Shown here: in pieces, positions 50,601 to 60,400 of the stretch | Numbering within the stretch: position 1 is the first letter of the stretch | How the letters are laid out: the number at the start of each line of letters is the position of its first letter | Assembly (NCBI RefSeq): GCF_006345805.1 | Contig: NC_042997.1 | Span: 165,292,001 to 165,356,000, forward strand | Source: Octopus sinensis | Taxonomy: Eukaryota | Reading direction: 5' to 3' | DNA: 64,000 nt | Translations under genes and position numbers: made by a program | The notes under the pieces: generated by a model | What the model saw: only the letters and a program-made list of their open reading frames with translations | What the model was told of the DNA's origin: nothing | Databases searched by the model: none

Positions 50601-53600
50601 CAAACCAAGTGAAATCACAGTTGTGGCAGATACTGGTGTCACACATGCTGGTGCTGGGCCTCACAGAGACCAGGACTGAGACCATTTGGCATTATGCCAT
50701 GCTTGAGAAGACCCATCAAACCAAGTAAAACTGCAGTTGTGGCAGATACCGGTGTCAGGCAAATGGTATGTAAAAGCACCCATTACACTCTAGGAGTGGT
50801 TGGCATTAGGAAGGGGAACCAGCTGTAGAAACCATGCCAAAAAAGACTGGAGTCTGGTGCAGCCTTCCTGGTCAAACCGTCCAAGCCATTCCAGCATGGA
50901 CAATGGATGTTAAATGATGTACTATGGATTTATAAATAATAGAACTTTTTATGTCAATCAACAGTCATTATGATTCATTGAGTTCAAATACAGCTAAAGT
51001 TCACACCAACCTTCATTTTCCTTATGTTTGGGAAAAAAGTCATTGCTATACTTTGAGATCAATTCAAACAATTATACTCCTGTTCTGTAAACATTGACCT
51101 TATGCTATCATCAGAGCCACTAAAGAGGTCACTATAGTAGAACACTAAAATATTTAATATTTATTTTCACTCATCTTGATTGTGAGCTGAAATACTGAGG
51201 GTGTCAATTTTAAACTGTAACCACCATGAGATTGTTCAGGTGACAGTAGACAATTCGTGGCACTCTGTTGGTTATGACGACGAGGGTTCCAGTTGATCCG
51301 ATCAACAGAACAGCCTGCTCATAATTAACATATAAGTGGTTGAGCACTCCAGACACATGTACCCTTAACGTAGTTCTCAGGGAGATTCAGCAATACACAG
51401 TGTGTGACAAGGCTGGCCCTTTGCAATACAGGTACAACAGAAACAGGAAGAAAGATTGAGAGGAAGTTGTGAAAGAGTACAGCAGGGCTCGCCACCACCC
51501 ATCACCCCTGCCAGAGCCTCATGGATCTTTAGGTGTTTTCACTCAATAAACACACAATGCCTGGTCTGGAAATCGAAACTACAATCCCACGACTGTGAGT
51601 CTGCTGCTCTAACCATTGGGCCATTGCACCTCCACAGTGGACAATTAGCCAGTACACTTACCCACCATTAACTTATAGAACAGCAACACTTTGCTATATA
51701 TTTTAACAAGAAAAACAGAACATTACATCTTTACTGATAAAATTGCAATGTTTGTAAAAAAAAAAAGTTTTGTGTATAACCAAGTGCAGTTAATGTTACA
51801 ATTCATATATAATGTCCACAAAGATTGTGGGAGCTCCATTTGAGATAACTGTCTGAGAACAAGGGTATATGACGAATGTTGTTAAAGAAAAATATATATA
51901 AAATGAAATTTTAAAAAGCTATGTCACATTGAAATGTTTGTGCATGTGTGCTAGATAACTGTCAGAAACTTTTCATAACTTACCATTTCATCATCACCAG
52001 TTATGATGACAAGTTCTGAGAGAGTGCTGGAAATATTAAAGAAAATTTATAATAAATTTTAAAAAAGACAAAAGGTTACAGAGTATTGTATAAGAAAATG
52101 AACAAGGAAATGAATTTAATGAAAACACAACAGCAGTCTGATGTGCCACACAAATTCACACACCACACTCAAAATTAAATGAACCACGACTGATGGCAAA
52201 AAAGGTTAATTTCTTTACAAAACAAGGTAGCAGATTCCACGAAGTCCATAAGTCAAGCCAGGTTTATTCTTTCAAAGCCAGTAATTATCAGAGATGCAGA
52301 CGTAATCAATATCCTTCAAAAAAGAATCCTTCTTCGACATCAACAGGTCTGCAAGACCAACAGAATTAGATTCTTCCATGGCTTCAAACACAAATCTTAA
52401 ATTGACAGGAATGTCGATTTTCTGATTTTGGAATGCTTCAATAATATTCAACCAACCAAGAACTGGTCCCTTATCATCAGTTGATCCTCTTCCATATAAC
52501 TTGCCATCAATTTGTTAGAACAAATGGCTCTGTATCCCAGCCATCAGATTTATTAGCTGGTTGTACATCAAGATGTCCATACACTACCAAGGTTTTCTTT
52601 TTAGGATCGTTACCAAGTTGTCCAAAAATCACAGGAGGAAGTTTAAGGACTTCTGAGAATGGGTAGACTTGATCTCCAAGTTCCAGTAATTCAGTTTGAA
52701 TATTAAGTTTATCCATTTCAGCTTTTGTCCATTCAACCATTCTTCTAACTTCTGGCCTCAGTTTCACAGACCCAGACACACTAGGAATGGCCACAGCAGT
52801 GCCAAGCCGTTTAATAAAACGGTCAGCATTATCATCGATGTACTTGAAGATGCCTTCCATTGTGAACTGCTCAGTGAGAAAACTGCGAAGAAATTGCAGA
52901 GCGACAGATGAAAAATGAAAGTGTTATATATTGATATTCTTCACCATCATTTAGTGTCCACTTTTCCATGCTTACTTATATCAGACAGACTTTGTTGAGG
53001 CAGATGTTCATCTGGCTGCCCTTTCTGTTGTCAACCCTCACCTGTCTCCAAGTAAGGTAATATTTCTATGGAAGACAAAAAAAACATCTCATTTGTGAGA
53101 TGAAGCTTTCTACAACTATGAAATCAGGACAAAAGGTACATAAAAGCACACATGCACACAAGAAGGGCTTTTAGTTTCCATTTACCAAATCCATTCATAA
53201 GGATTTGGTTGGCCTGAGATTGTAGTAGGAGATACTTGCCCAAGATGTCATGCAGTGGGACTGAACCCAAGCCCACATGGGTGGGAAGCATGCTTAATTA
53301 CACAGCCATGCCTACATCTCAAAACAAAAAACAAAATAAAAAAAGCAGAACTTACAGAATTGCAAAATAGGGCACCATTAGGGTCTCTTGATCCAAAAGT
53401 GCTTCTGATAATAGTTCCAAAACAGATATAAGATGTACTTTCAATTGTTCTGTTGCCATGGCTGCTACTTTATGCATCAGAAATATCCCTATCTGGAAAG
53501 TTTACAAAATAATTTTCAAAAATTGAAAATTATAAAAATCACAGGTCTAGAAAAATCAAAATTTTAAAACTTATTAATGGAACTAAAGCTACTCACCTCC

Positions 53601-54781
53601 CTATGCCGGGGATTATGGTTCCGAGAATATTCCAAAATAAAACTGAAAAATTCGGGCCAATTTTGGTTGGGCAATTCATGCTTAGCAACGGTGGCAATAA
53701 TCTGAGCAATTGCTGTCTGCACACATTTCCTATAAAACAAATCCCATCTTTTAAATTTTTTGATTAACACAAAATTTAAAACAAAAGTGAATTTCTATAT
53801 TAAATATTTTCTTACTTTGCAGAATATGTCCTGAAACAATTTACCATCAAACCAATAAATAGACTTTTTGTTGTAAATTAAGTGAAGCAATTAGACTGAT
53901 AAAATAAATACCAGGCTTTCTTCAATGTCCAGCATGGCTGAATGCTTTAGAAAATTTACGATACCATTTTTAATGGAAAACTTACTTGACAGTAAGAAAT
54001 TAACTCTTTAGCATTTGGATTACTCTGTCAAATGTAATGCTTTTAAATAGTTTTGAATTAGTCATACAATAATCTCGTACCTTGAGATTTCAATGAAGTG
54101 AATGATTGTCTTTTTAGAATGACATTGTAGGATAGGTAGGAGAGGCCAGAATGGCTGGTTTGAACAAAATAGAATATTTGGACTAGATATGGTCAGGATA
54201 AATGCTAAAAGGTTAAAGAACAAAAACCATTGTGGAACTTACTCTGTTTCTTGAAGAAACAACTGGAGAATGTTTCCTCTAATGCTATAAAAAGAAAGTT
54301 GAAATACTTCAATAAGAAAGGAAAATGGTAAGATACATAACATCCAATCCATTAATGTTTTCAATAAACTAATATGTTCTCACTCATTCAAAGGATTAGC
54401 CATTATAGAACATGCAATAAAAATTCTACAAGGAACTATTGAAATCACATTCAAAAGCTTATGAATGTATATATTTTGATATAAAAGAAAATCTATTTAC
54501 AGTTATCAAGTCAACTTTGTTAAAATAATTACAAATAATGAGATGGTATGTATGCCAGTTAAAAAAAAGTTCAGAGAATTTAATGGCTGTGTGGGTAAGA
54601 AGCTCATTTTGCAATTATGTGGTTTCAAGTTCAGTCCCATTGCGCAGTAGCTTGGGAAAATGTTTTCTATTATAGCCAAGTCAACCAATACCTTGTGACT
54701 GAATTTCGTAGACAGAAACTGCATGGAACCCCATCATCTCTACATATATGTGCGTTTGTGTATTGACACACACATACATCT

Positions 54782-54814
<33 letters not shown>

Positions 54815-57480
54815 ATATAAGATGTATATATGTGTGTGTATATATATACACACATCTATACATATGCATCTATACATATGCGTGTGTATACACACACATC
54901 TATACATACGTGTATATAATTACACACATCTATACATACGTGTATATAATTACACACATCTATACATACATGTGTGTGCATATATATATATACATACATA
55001 CACGTGCATATATGTATGTATGCATGAGCTTTTGTATTCGTTCCTCACCACCACTTGACAACCAGTATTGGTTTGTTTACATACCCAGCAACTTATCAGT
55101 TAAGCAAGACACTAGTAGTATAAGTGTCTGGCTTAAAAAAAAATAAAAACAAGTATTTGAGTTTGACTTGTTCAACTCAACCTTTCAAGATAGTGCCACC
55201 AATGACTGGAACAAGTATTAGATTAAAGATGAGGAAGAAATTTCATCTCTTCTTTGCATGCTGTTAAAGTCAATATTGTTCATTGAGAGAATGCAATGGT
55301 AGGTAAATTGTTAAAAGACTTACTTTTTACGTATATCTTCAGACAGGTTAAAATACTGATGTTTTCTTTGTATCTTCCTTCTTAACAGGACAGCAGCATA
55401 TTGTCGAACCTTTAAATATAAAAGTATTATCATCACTTAATTTAACAATTTTTCTTCCATGCATGAGACTAAATAGTAGATTCTTTTTATTTACCCACAG
55501 CCTGCATCATTTTCATTCAGAATCACTCATTCTAAGATTTTAAATAACTGCTACTACTCAATTCTCATCTGATATACTTCTAGCTCAACATATCTGTAAC
55601 CAGTGCAAAGCACTTAACCTGGCATAGACCAACAATGGAGCTTCTATGTAGTTGTTTGAATGGCAATAAATAGCAGGCAAATATCCCTCGACAATTTATA
55701 GATCTAGATTGCTCCCATTTCAATATTTGGTATTATCAGTTCACTTGATGTCAAGTTTCTAACAACAAACTTCCTTCCTATAGAATGAATATTTTAGGTC
55801 CCTGTCACTAACACTTTAATATCCACAACAAAGAGCCTTGAAGACCCTTAATTTCTAGCTTCTTAACAAATTCTGCAGCTGTTGAATTGTTGCATGATAA
55901 CTGAAAGAATGGCCACAAGGTTAAGAAGTTTGCATCTCAGTCAATGTGGTCTGGGATTCAGGCTTATTGCACAACAACAGAGCATCTTCTACCATAACTT
56001 TGAGCTGACCCAAGTTTTTGAATGAAAATGGGTATATGAATACTGTGCTGAAGCCTATCAGATGGACTATCCTTGTTTTCGAGATTAAATCCATTGTCTA
56101 CTTTATCACCATTGCAGGGGCTTCAGTTACAAGCATTCAGATCAGATCTGAAGATAATATTTCTCAAAATACTCCTCACAGAAGCAACCTATGGAATAGT
56201 GTTTCTTCTTCCTTCCCCATCCATTAAGTCTCAGAAGCCCCACAAAAGGTTCTGCATGATGCTCTTCCACCAGTGAGTAAGCCATGAAAATAATTAAGTT
56301 ATTAGTCTTCACAGATATTCAGTTCTGAACAGCACAATAAAACTTTTAAGAGTAATTGTCTGCATCATCTTAATTAGCCTTAAGCATCTGGCTTTTCCAT
56401 TGCTCATTATATAACAATGTACCAAATACTTTTCTACATAATTTTCCAAAGACAGTTATAATTAGAAACAAGCCATCTATTTTGAACTGCAGCTATAAAC
56501 TATATTAGAGATAAAACTAGAACATTCCAAATTATTCAAGTCTGAGTGGTTAACAACAAATGCAACAACAAATGCAAAGAACATTTTAAGGTCATATGTT
56601 GTTCAAGAAACTCTAAAATACAGGATAGTTACACCTGGAATGCTTTTGTCCATGGATTTACATGAAGCAAAACAAATATGTGAGTGTAGTTCCTTATTCT
56701 ATAAGGTATATCAGGCCACATTCAGAAGGAAGGAAAAAACAAATCAAATTATAAATTTTTCTTTACAAATGTTTCATTGAATTTTATTTAAAGATATACT
56801 GTATTTGAGGCATAAAAAATGCATGGGTATATTAGATGCACCCCAATTTCAGTTGTGCATTCGGGGAAAAAGTTTATGGAAGCCTCAAGTTCACAAGTAG
56901 GACCCAGGAGAATTTGAGACTTTTTTGAGAAGTGCATCTTCTGCGACATCAAATACAATAAACAAATCAATAACTCCAGTGTCTCAGAAAACACGTGATC
57001 ACTGTACAGAGAAATATTACACATGGCCTGATTAGGAGGACATACTAGAAGATATTTAGCACTAATGAAAATATATATAAGCTCCTTTGCCGTTGATTTC
57101 TTCACTTTAGAGAACAGTTTTAAATAAGAGATTAACAGACTAAAAAAAACACAATTCAATGAGAACTCAGCCTGACATTTTCCCTTCCCCAAATAAACTG
57201 TATCCTGTATGCATTAAGAACTGTATAAACTATTGCAAGCAATATCATCATTAAGAAAAAATTTTAAAAATACAAAAAGTTATAATTTAATAATTTCCCT
57301 ACAAAATATTAAATCATTACAAATGTAAAGTAATATTTCAAATGAAAAATAATGGATTTGCATTATTTAAATCAACAGAAATGGTAAACAAACCTGAGAT
57401 TTTTCACAAGTACCAAGAATTTGACAAAATAAAGGTACAATATCTTGATTTTTCATTAATAGTTTCATTTCATCAGTTGC
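20513..57480 (-). CDS. IPO4: Importin-4 (karyopherin-beta family, HEAT repeats); 28 visible coding exons, first exon missing
   Basis: 28 exons, all bounded by AG/GT with consistent phases, join into 3192 nt (1063 aa plus TGA at 20513-20515). Recognisable importin-4 motifs: [93 protein letters not shown], plus two acidic loops. Orthology is by motif recall, not by search. Confidence 0.95.
20746..20815 (-). CDS. IPO4: IPO4 coding exon 28
   Basis: ag|[23 protein letters not shown]|gtaaac, 70 nt. Confidence 0.9.
22200..22690 (+). mobile_element. HINE/DINE-1-like non-autonomous Helentron
   Basis: tgtgccaaatttggtgaaaatctgttcagc motif and 3' stem-loop taccctgc...gcagagta (22654-22683); internal direct repeat. 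Confidence 0.45.
22741..23245 (-). mobile_element. RTE-type LINE 3' fragment with (TGA)n tail
   Basis: [18 protein letters not shown]...RRVQFAGHC...LLLWKP; ORF stop runs directly into tgatgatga. Confidence 0.85.
23340..23912 (+). mobile_element. RTE-family 3' end with internal duplication
   Basis: [17 protein letters not shown]-type ORF end, duplicated about 130-nt block, tail taaatgataatgat. Confidence 0.8.
23945..24049 (-). CDS. IPO4: IPO4 coding exon 27
   Basis: ag|[35 protein letters not shown]|gtacgt, 105 nt. Confidence 0.94.
24231..25060 (-). mobile_element. Degenerate RTE-family LINE 3' fragment
   Basis: [13 protein letters not shown]...[17 protein letters not shown]; (GAT)n tail at 24231-24240. 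Confidence 0.8.
25250..25504 (+). mobile_element. Tc1-like transposon 3' end (transposase C-terminus and right TIR)
   Basis: [32 protein letters not shown], then gtcccaaacttttggccagtagtg. Confidence 0.65.
25770..25902 (-). CDS. IPO4: IPO4 coding exon 26
   Basis: ag|[44 protein letters not shown]|gtgaga, 133 nt. Confidence 0.92.
25903..27108 (-). other. U12-type (minor spliceosome) GT-AG intron of IPO4
   Basis: 5' splice site GTATCCTTTT; branch motif TTCCTTAAT at 25922-25914 about 11 nt before the AG; no polypyrimidine tract between branch motif and AG. Confidence 0.88.
26218..26510 (-). mobile_element. Young RTE-type 3'UTR/SINE tail with short internal tandem repeats
   Basis: (CAT)n then ttaacgtccgctttccatgctagcatg; CpGs retained. 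Confidence 0.75.
27109..27317 (-). CDS. IPO4: IPO4 coding exon 25
   Basis: ag|[69 protein letters not shown]|gtatcctttt, 209 nt. Confidence 0.95.
27969..28151 (-). CDS. IPO4: IPO4 coding exon 24
   Basis: ag|[61 protein letters not shown]|gtgaga, 183 nt. Confidence 0.95.
30169..30260 (+). mobile_element. Tigger/pogo-like MITE end
   Basis: cagtaatccctcaactatcgcagg...aggtgaaaatccgaagtagaaac; related ends at about 56790-56860 and 57982-58100. Confidence 0.45.
30563..30756 (-). CDS. IPO4: IPO4 coding exon 23
   Basis: ag|(V)[64 protein letters not shown]|gttagt, 194 nt. Confidence 0.93.
31265..31428 (-). CDS. IPO4: IPO4 coding exon 22
   Basis: ag|[54 protein letters not shown]|gtaagt, 164 nt. 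Confidence 0.93.
32042..32119 (-). CDS. IPO4: IPO4 coding exon 21
   Basis: ag|[25 protein letters not shown](G)|gtatgt, 78 nt. Confidence 0.93.
32547..32677 (-). CDS. IPO4: IPO4 coding exon 20 (acidic loop)
   Basis: ag|[43 protein letters not shown]|gtatgt, 131 nt. Confidence 0.88.
33128..33239 (-). CDS. IPO4: IPO4 coding exon 19
   Basis: ag|[37 protein letters not shown]|gtaagt, 112 nt. Confidence 0.94.
33860..34082. mobile_element. piggyBac-like MITE (TTAA-flanked)
   Basis: TTAAccccttagcatt...aatgctaaagagTTAA; sibling copies at 37352-37579 and 54000-54216; a different TTAA-flanked MITE at 61104-61332. Confidence 0.75.
34461..34584 (-). CDS. IPO4: IPO4 coding exon 18
   Basis: ag|(D)[40 protein letters not shown]|gtaagt, 124 nt. 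Confidence 0.94.
37137..37250 (-). CDS. IPO4: IPO4 coding exon 17
   Basis: ag|(A)[37 protein letters not shown]|gtatgt, 114 nt. Confidence 0.93.
38326..38439 (-). CDS. IPO4: IPO4 coding exon 16
   Basis: ag|(G)[37 protein letters not shown]|gtaagt, 114 nt. Confidence 0.94.
39326..40632 (+). mobile_element. Internally deleted RTE LINE (RT core, ORF end, long 3'UTR, (GAT)n tail)
   Basis: [42 protein letters not shown] with stops and frameshifts; tail gttaacgatgatgatgatg. Confidence 0.85.
40946..41084 (-). CDS. IPO4: IPO4 coding exon 15
   Basis: ag|[46 protein letters not shown]|gtatgt, 139 nt. Confidence 0.93.
41219..42066. mobile_element. Fold-back Tc1/mariner (DD41-type, rosa-like) derivative with about 325-bp inverted arms
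   Basis: TA-flanked; arms 41219-41540 and 41735-42066 are inverted copies. Transposase C-terminus FQQDGATAH[17 protein letters not shown], with 41 residues between the second D and the third catalytic position. Confidence 0.8.
43337..43607. mobile_element. hAT (Charlie-like) MITE with perfect 8-bp target-site duplication
   Basis: TIRs CAGGGGTTCCTAACC / GGTTGGGAACCCCTG; TSD GTATAGAG at 43329-43336 and 43608-43615. Confidence 0.88.
44460..44568 (-). CDS. IPO4: IPO4 coding exon 14
   Basis: ag|[36 protein letters not shown]|gtaagg, 109 nt. Confidence 0.94.
45012..45309 (+). mobile_element. Full-length young tRNA-derived SINE with (ACAA)n tail
   Basis: A-box tggcctagtggttag, B-box ggttcgaatct; 12-bp TSD ATAGTTGAATAC at 45000-45011 and 45310-45321. 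Confidence 0.88.
45422..45531 (-). CDS. IPO4: IPO4 coding exon 13
   Basis: ag|[36 protein letters not shown]|gtaagt, 110 nt. Confidence 0.93.
45800..46130 (+). mobile_element. RTE-type LINE 3' fragment (different family)
   Basis: [34 protein letters not shown]. Confidence 0.7.
46447..46500 (-). CDS. IPO4: IPO4 coding exon 12
   Basis: ag|[18 protein letters not shown]|gtaagt, 54 nt. Confidence 0.94.
47295..47432 (-). CDS. IPO4: IPO4 coding exon 11
   Basis: ag|[46 protein letters not shown]|gtttgt, 138 nt. Confidence 0.92.
48469..48552 (-). CDS. IPO4: IPO4 coding exon 10
   Basis: ag|[28 protein letters not shown]|gtaagg, 84 nt. Confidence 0.9.
49273..49374 (-). CDS. IPO4: IPO4 coding exon 9
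   Basis: ag|[34 protein letters not shown]|gtgagc, 102 nt. Confidence 0.93.
49991..50056 (-). CDS. IPO4: IPO4 coding exon 8
   Basis: ag|[22 protein letters not shown]|gtatgc, 66 nt. Confidence 0.88.
50370..50920 (+). mobile_element. RTE-family 3' end with internal duplication
   Basis: [13 protein letters not shown]...[17 protein letters not shown]; duplicated block as at 23340-23912. Confidence 0.8.
51257..51635 (-). mobile_element. Full-length tRNA-derived SINE
   Basis: Head gtggaggtgcaatggcccaatggttagagc; near-perfect TSD cagt(a/g)gacaatt at 51244-51255 and 51635-51646. Confidence 0.8.
51984..52026 (-). CDS. IPO4: IPO4 coding exon 7
   Basis: ag|[14 protein letters not shown]|gtaagt, 43 nt; restores frame between exons 6 and 8. 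Confidence 0.85.
52215..52920 (-). pseudogene. CNDP2: Intronless, 3'-truncated pseudogene of cytosolic non-specific dipeptidase (M20 family) nested in IPO4 intron 6
   Basis: ATG at 52860: MEGIFKYID...YGHLDVQPA...[11 protein letters not shown] (117 codons), then a 2-nt deletion near 52510, then [17 protein letters not shown]...FVFEAMEES...[26 protein letters not shown] with TGA in place of Gly. About 215 codons with no intron. Confidence 0.9.
53356..53492 (-). CDS. IPO4: IPO4 coding exon 6
   Basis: ag|[45 protein letters not shown](L)|gtaagt, 137 nt. Confidence 0.9.
53597..53729 (-). CDS. IPO4: IPO4 coding exon 5
   Basis: ag|[44 protein letters not shown]|gtgagt, 133 nt. Confidence 0.93.
54243..54284 (-). 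CDS. IPO4: IPO4 coding exon 4
   Basis: ag|(N)[13 protein letters not shown](E)|gtaagt, 42 nt, phase 2/2. Confidence 0.88.
55324..55409 (-). CDS. IPO4: IPO4 coding exon 3
   Basis: ag|[28 protein letters not shown]|gtaagt, 86 nt. Confidence 0.92.
57394..57480 (-). CDS. IPO4: IPO4 coding exon 2 (numbering assumes one upstream exon outside the window)
   Basis: ag|[29 protein letters not shown]|gtttgt, 87 nt. Confidence 0.88.
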
Positions 57481-60400
57481 CTAGAAAAAAAATAATAAAT
57501 AGTTTAACATAGGAACAAAGGATGTAGGTAATCGATTTGATCAACCCCAATACTATTATTTCTTTATCGATTCAGGAGGAATGAAAGGCAAAATTGACCT
57601 GAGAAGGATTTGAACTTGGAGACAAATGGATAAGCATTTTATCCAATACTAACAAATCTAAATACAACAAGTGTTTTAAGGTAGTTTTCTCTACTAAAAC
57701 AGAGACTATCTTGCAGGTCACATGATAGTTTTCACTAATTTGCCTTGTATTCTACATCTCCCACCAGTTCTCATTATACATTTCATTCTCTTGCAAACTG
57801 TTGGATTTGCAGCTGCTTTCTATCATTCACACTGATATAACATATTTAGAAAACCAAAATATATTTGCCTTCAGCATACTTTCGTTGTTTTTTCCAAATT
57901 TTCACTAATCATATTCCTATATTTCTACTTACACCCAAATTTACTAAATACCAATGTTGAAAATTAAACTAAATAGAAAAATATAGTAATGCCTCTATAT
58001 ATGAGTTAATCTGTTCCCAGAGAACACTTGTGAAGTGAAAACTCATAAAGCAGAGCAATAATTTCCCATAGTAGCAATGAAATTTTATACAGACATTTTA
58101 CTCCACTGTGCAGATATGTCAGAACCAGTGTTGCCACACACACAAAATGGTTGTTTAACCCTTTCAGCAAACATATAGGGATTCCATCATTGGCTCAGAC
58201 ATGAACTACTGCTAGAAAGGCATGATATGAGGGAATGAAGGTTTCCTTTACCTAATATTAAATTATGTATGAAGCAAAAAGGTACCTATGCATCTGCTAG
58301 AAAGACAATAAAAATGGGTACCTTGATGAAACATAACTTCTTTTCTTCCTGGAAATCTACACACCTGTTATTAAATTCCCACATCTATAGCTTGACAATA
58401 AGGAATAACAGATTAAACAGCAATTCAGTATTTTAATGATATGGTAACCAGCAGGAAAGATATATAACTAAAATACAAAACATTTTTAGTGATATTTATA
58501 AATTACTTTTTAAGATGCAGGTCTTGCCCCTTCACCTACAAAGGGTAAAATTTGATTATTTGATAAGAGATCACCAAAGTAAATACCAAACAAAAATACA
58601 TATTGGAATCAAAATAGCCAACTAAATAGAAAAAAAAATTTGAAAGCAATGCCCCAGAATAGCTGCAGTCCAATGACTGAAACAAATAAAATTAACATGA
58701 GAAAATCATTTTACACAAGTTGAAATAAAGCAATTTGCTGTTAGTATCTAAAATAACTAAGATTATTGCACAGTGCTGGCCATCTTACAAAAATATCCAG
58801 AAAACATATCTGTTACAAAACAAAACAGCTAAAAGATGTGCCTTCACTCACGCACATAGAGCTATCTATCTTACTAACAGCTCCAGTAACTAACATTCTT
58901 AGTTAGTCACTTGTTGAAAACATCCATCGGGTGGAAGTTTCCAACAAGTAAAAGTATTCATATGAAAGGTTAGAGGATTTTGTTTCAAGGACAAAGAAAA
59001 ACTTTTCTACCCCAGGGAAGGATTTTATCCAAAATATCAGAAACTCCTCACTCAGCACAGGGACTGATTAATACAAACTTTTCCAATAAAGACAATTTTT
59101 GCCTATGCAAACCAGTAAGAAAATATACTGAGTGAACATGTCAATGAGTCATACTCCAGTGCCTTCAGCATTTCTCTGTCCTTCTTTCACCTGTATACTT
59201 CCAGTTTTCAATACTACTCTGCACTGGAAACATACACATATGCATTCACACAAAATTTTTGCCTATGCAGACCTTTACTTGTCTCATTTAATACATCATA
59301 TAAACTTATGAGCATGTGAGTGTGTGTGTGCACATATATTTATCATCACCATTGGTTTATGCCTGCTTTCCTTGCTGGCATGAGTCAGACAGGCTGTCAG
59401 AGTATGAGTCAGCTTTTATTCAGTGTTTTTGCTCCAATAACTAGGTTAGGAGACCATTCTGTTTAAGCATAGCTTCTATGGTTAGACAACCTTCTGAGCA
59501 TCAATCACTTCCATCTTGGTACAAGCACTCAAGAGAGAGAGTGAGTCATGCTTTCGACAAAACGAGACTAAAGGGTTCTTTTCACTCTACATAGCCTTGG
59601 CTTGTTTGCCAACAACTTTGCAGAGTGTATTTAATGCATTTTATAGTGGTGTAGCAGGGATTCAAACCCTAACCACTAGATACTTGATTGGGCAGAAGAG
59701 AGCCACCAGTTTCACCTGATTGATCCATAAATCGAACAATCAGTGTCATGCTGTGGCGTGATATGGCTTTCTCGAACGTTCAGGAATTTAACCTCTGCCA
59801 CCTTGTAAAAACCATTTGGTGCTTAACTCAGAGCCCAGGTGGTCAACAGACTGCCTCAGACTTTTGTGTAGACAACTCCAGGCACTCGGACACAAAATGA
59901 TGTCCCACAGATAGCTTACTTATTTCTTTATTGCCCACAAGGGGCTAAACATAGAGGGGACAAACAAACGGATTAAGTCGATTACATTGACCCCAGTGCG
60001 TAACTGGTGCTTAATTCATCAACCCCAAAAGGATGAAAGGTAAAGTCGACCTCGGCGGAATTTGAACTCAGAACGCAGCGGTGGACGAAACACCACAAAG
60101 CAATTCACCCGGCATGCTAACATTTCTGCCAGCTCGGCCTACAGACAGCTTTCTACATTCACAGAGCAGTTTTTCTCTCCTACTAGTTGGCAATTATTAA
60201 TATTGTTCATTGTAAATAGCCAACACCAAATATATTATGTCCAGCAATAAATATTACAGCTAAATATGAATGAGTTTGCTTCAGTTTTTAAGCCTGCAGC
60301 CAGCACATGTATACCACAACAATGCTGAGATAATCTTCATGCAACAATGATAATAAAGCCATCCACTTTGACAATGGCAACTGACATTTGAAGGATATCA

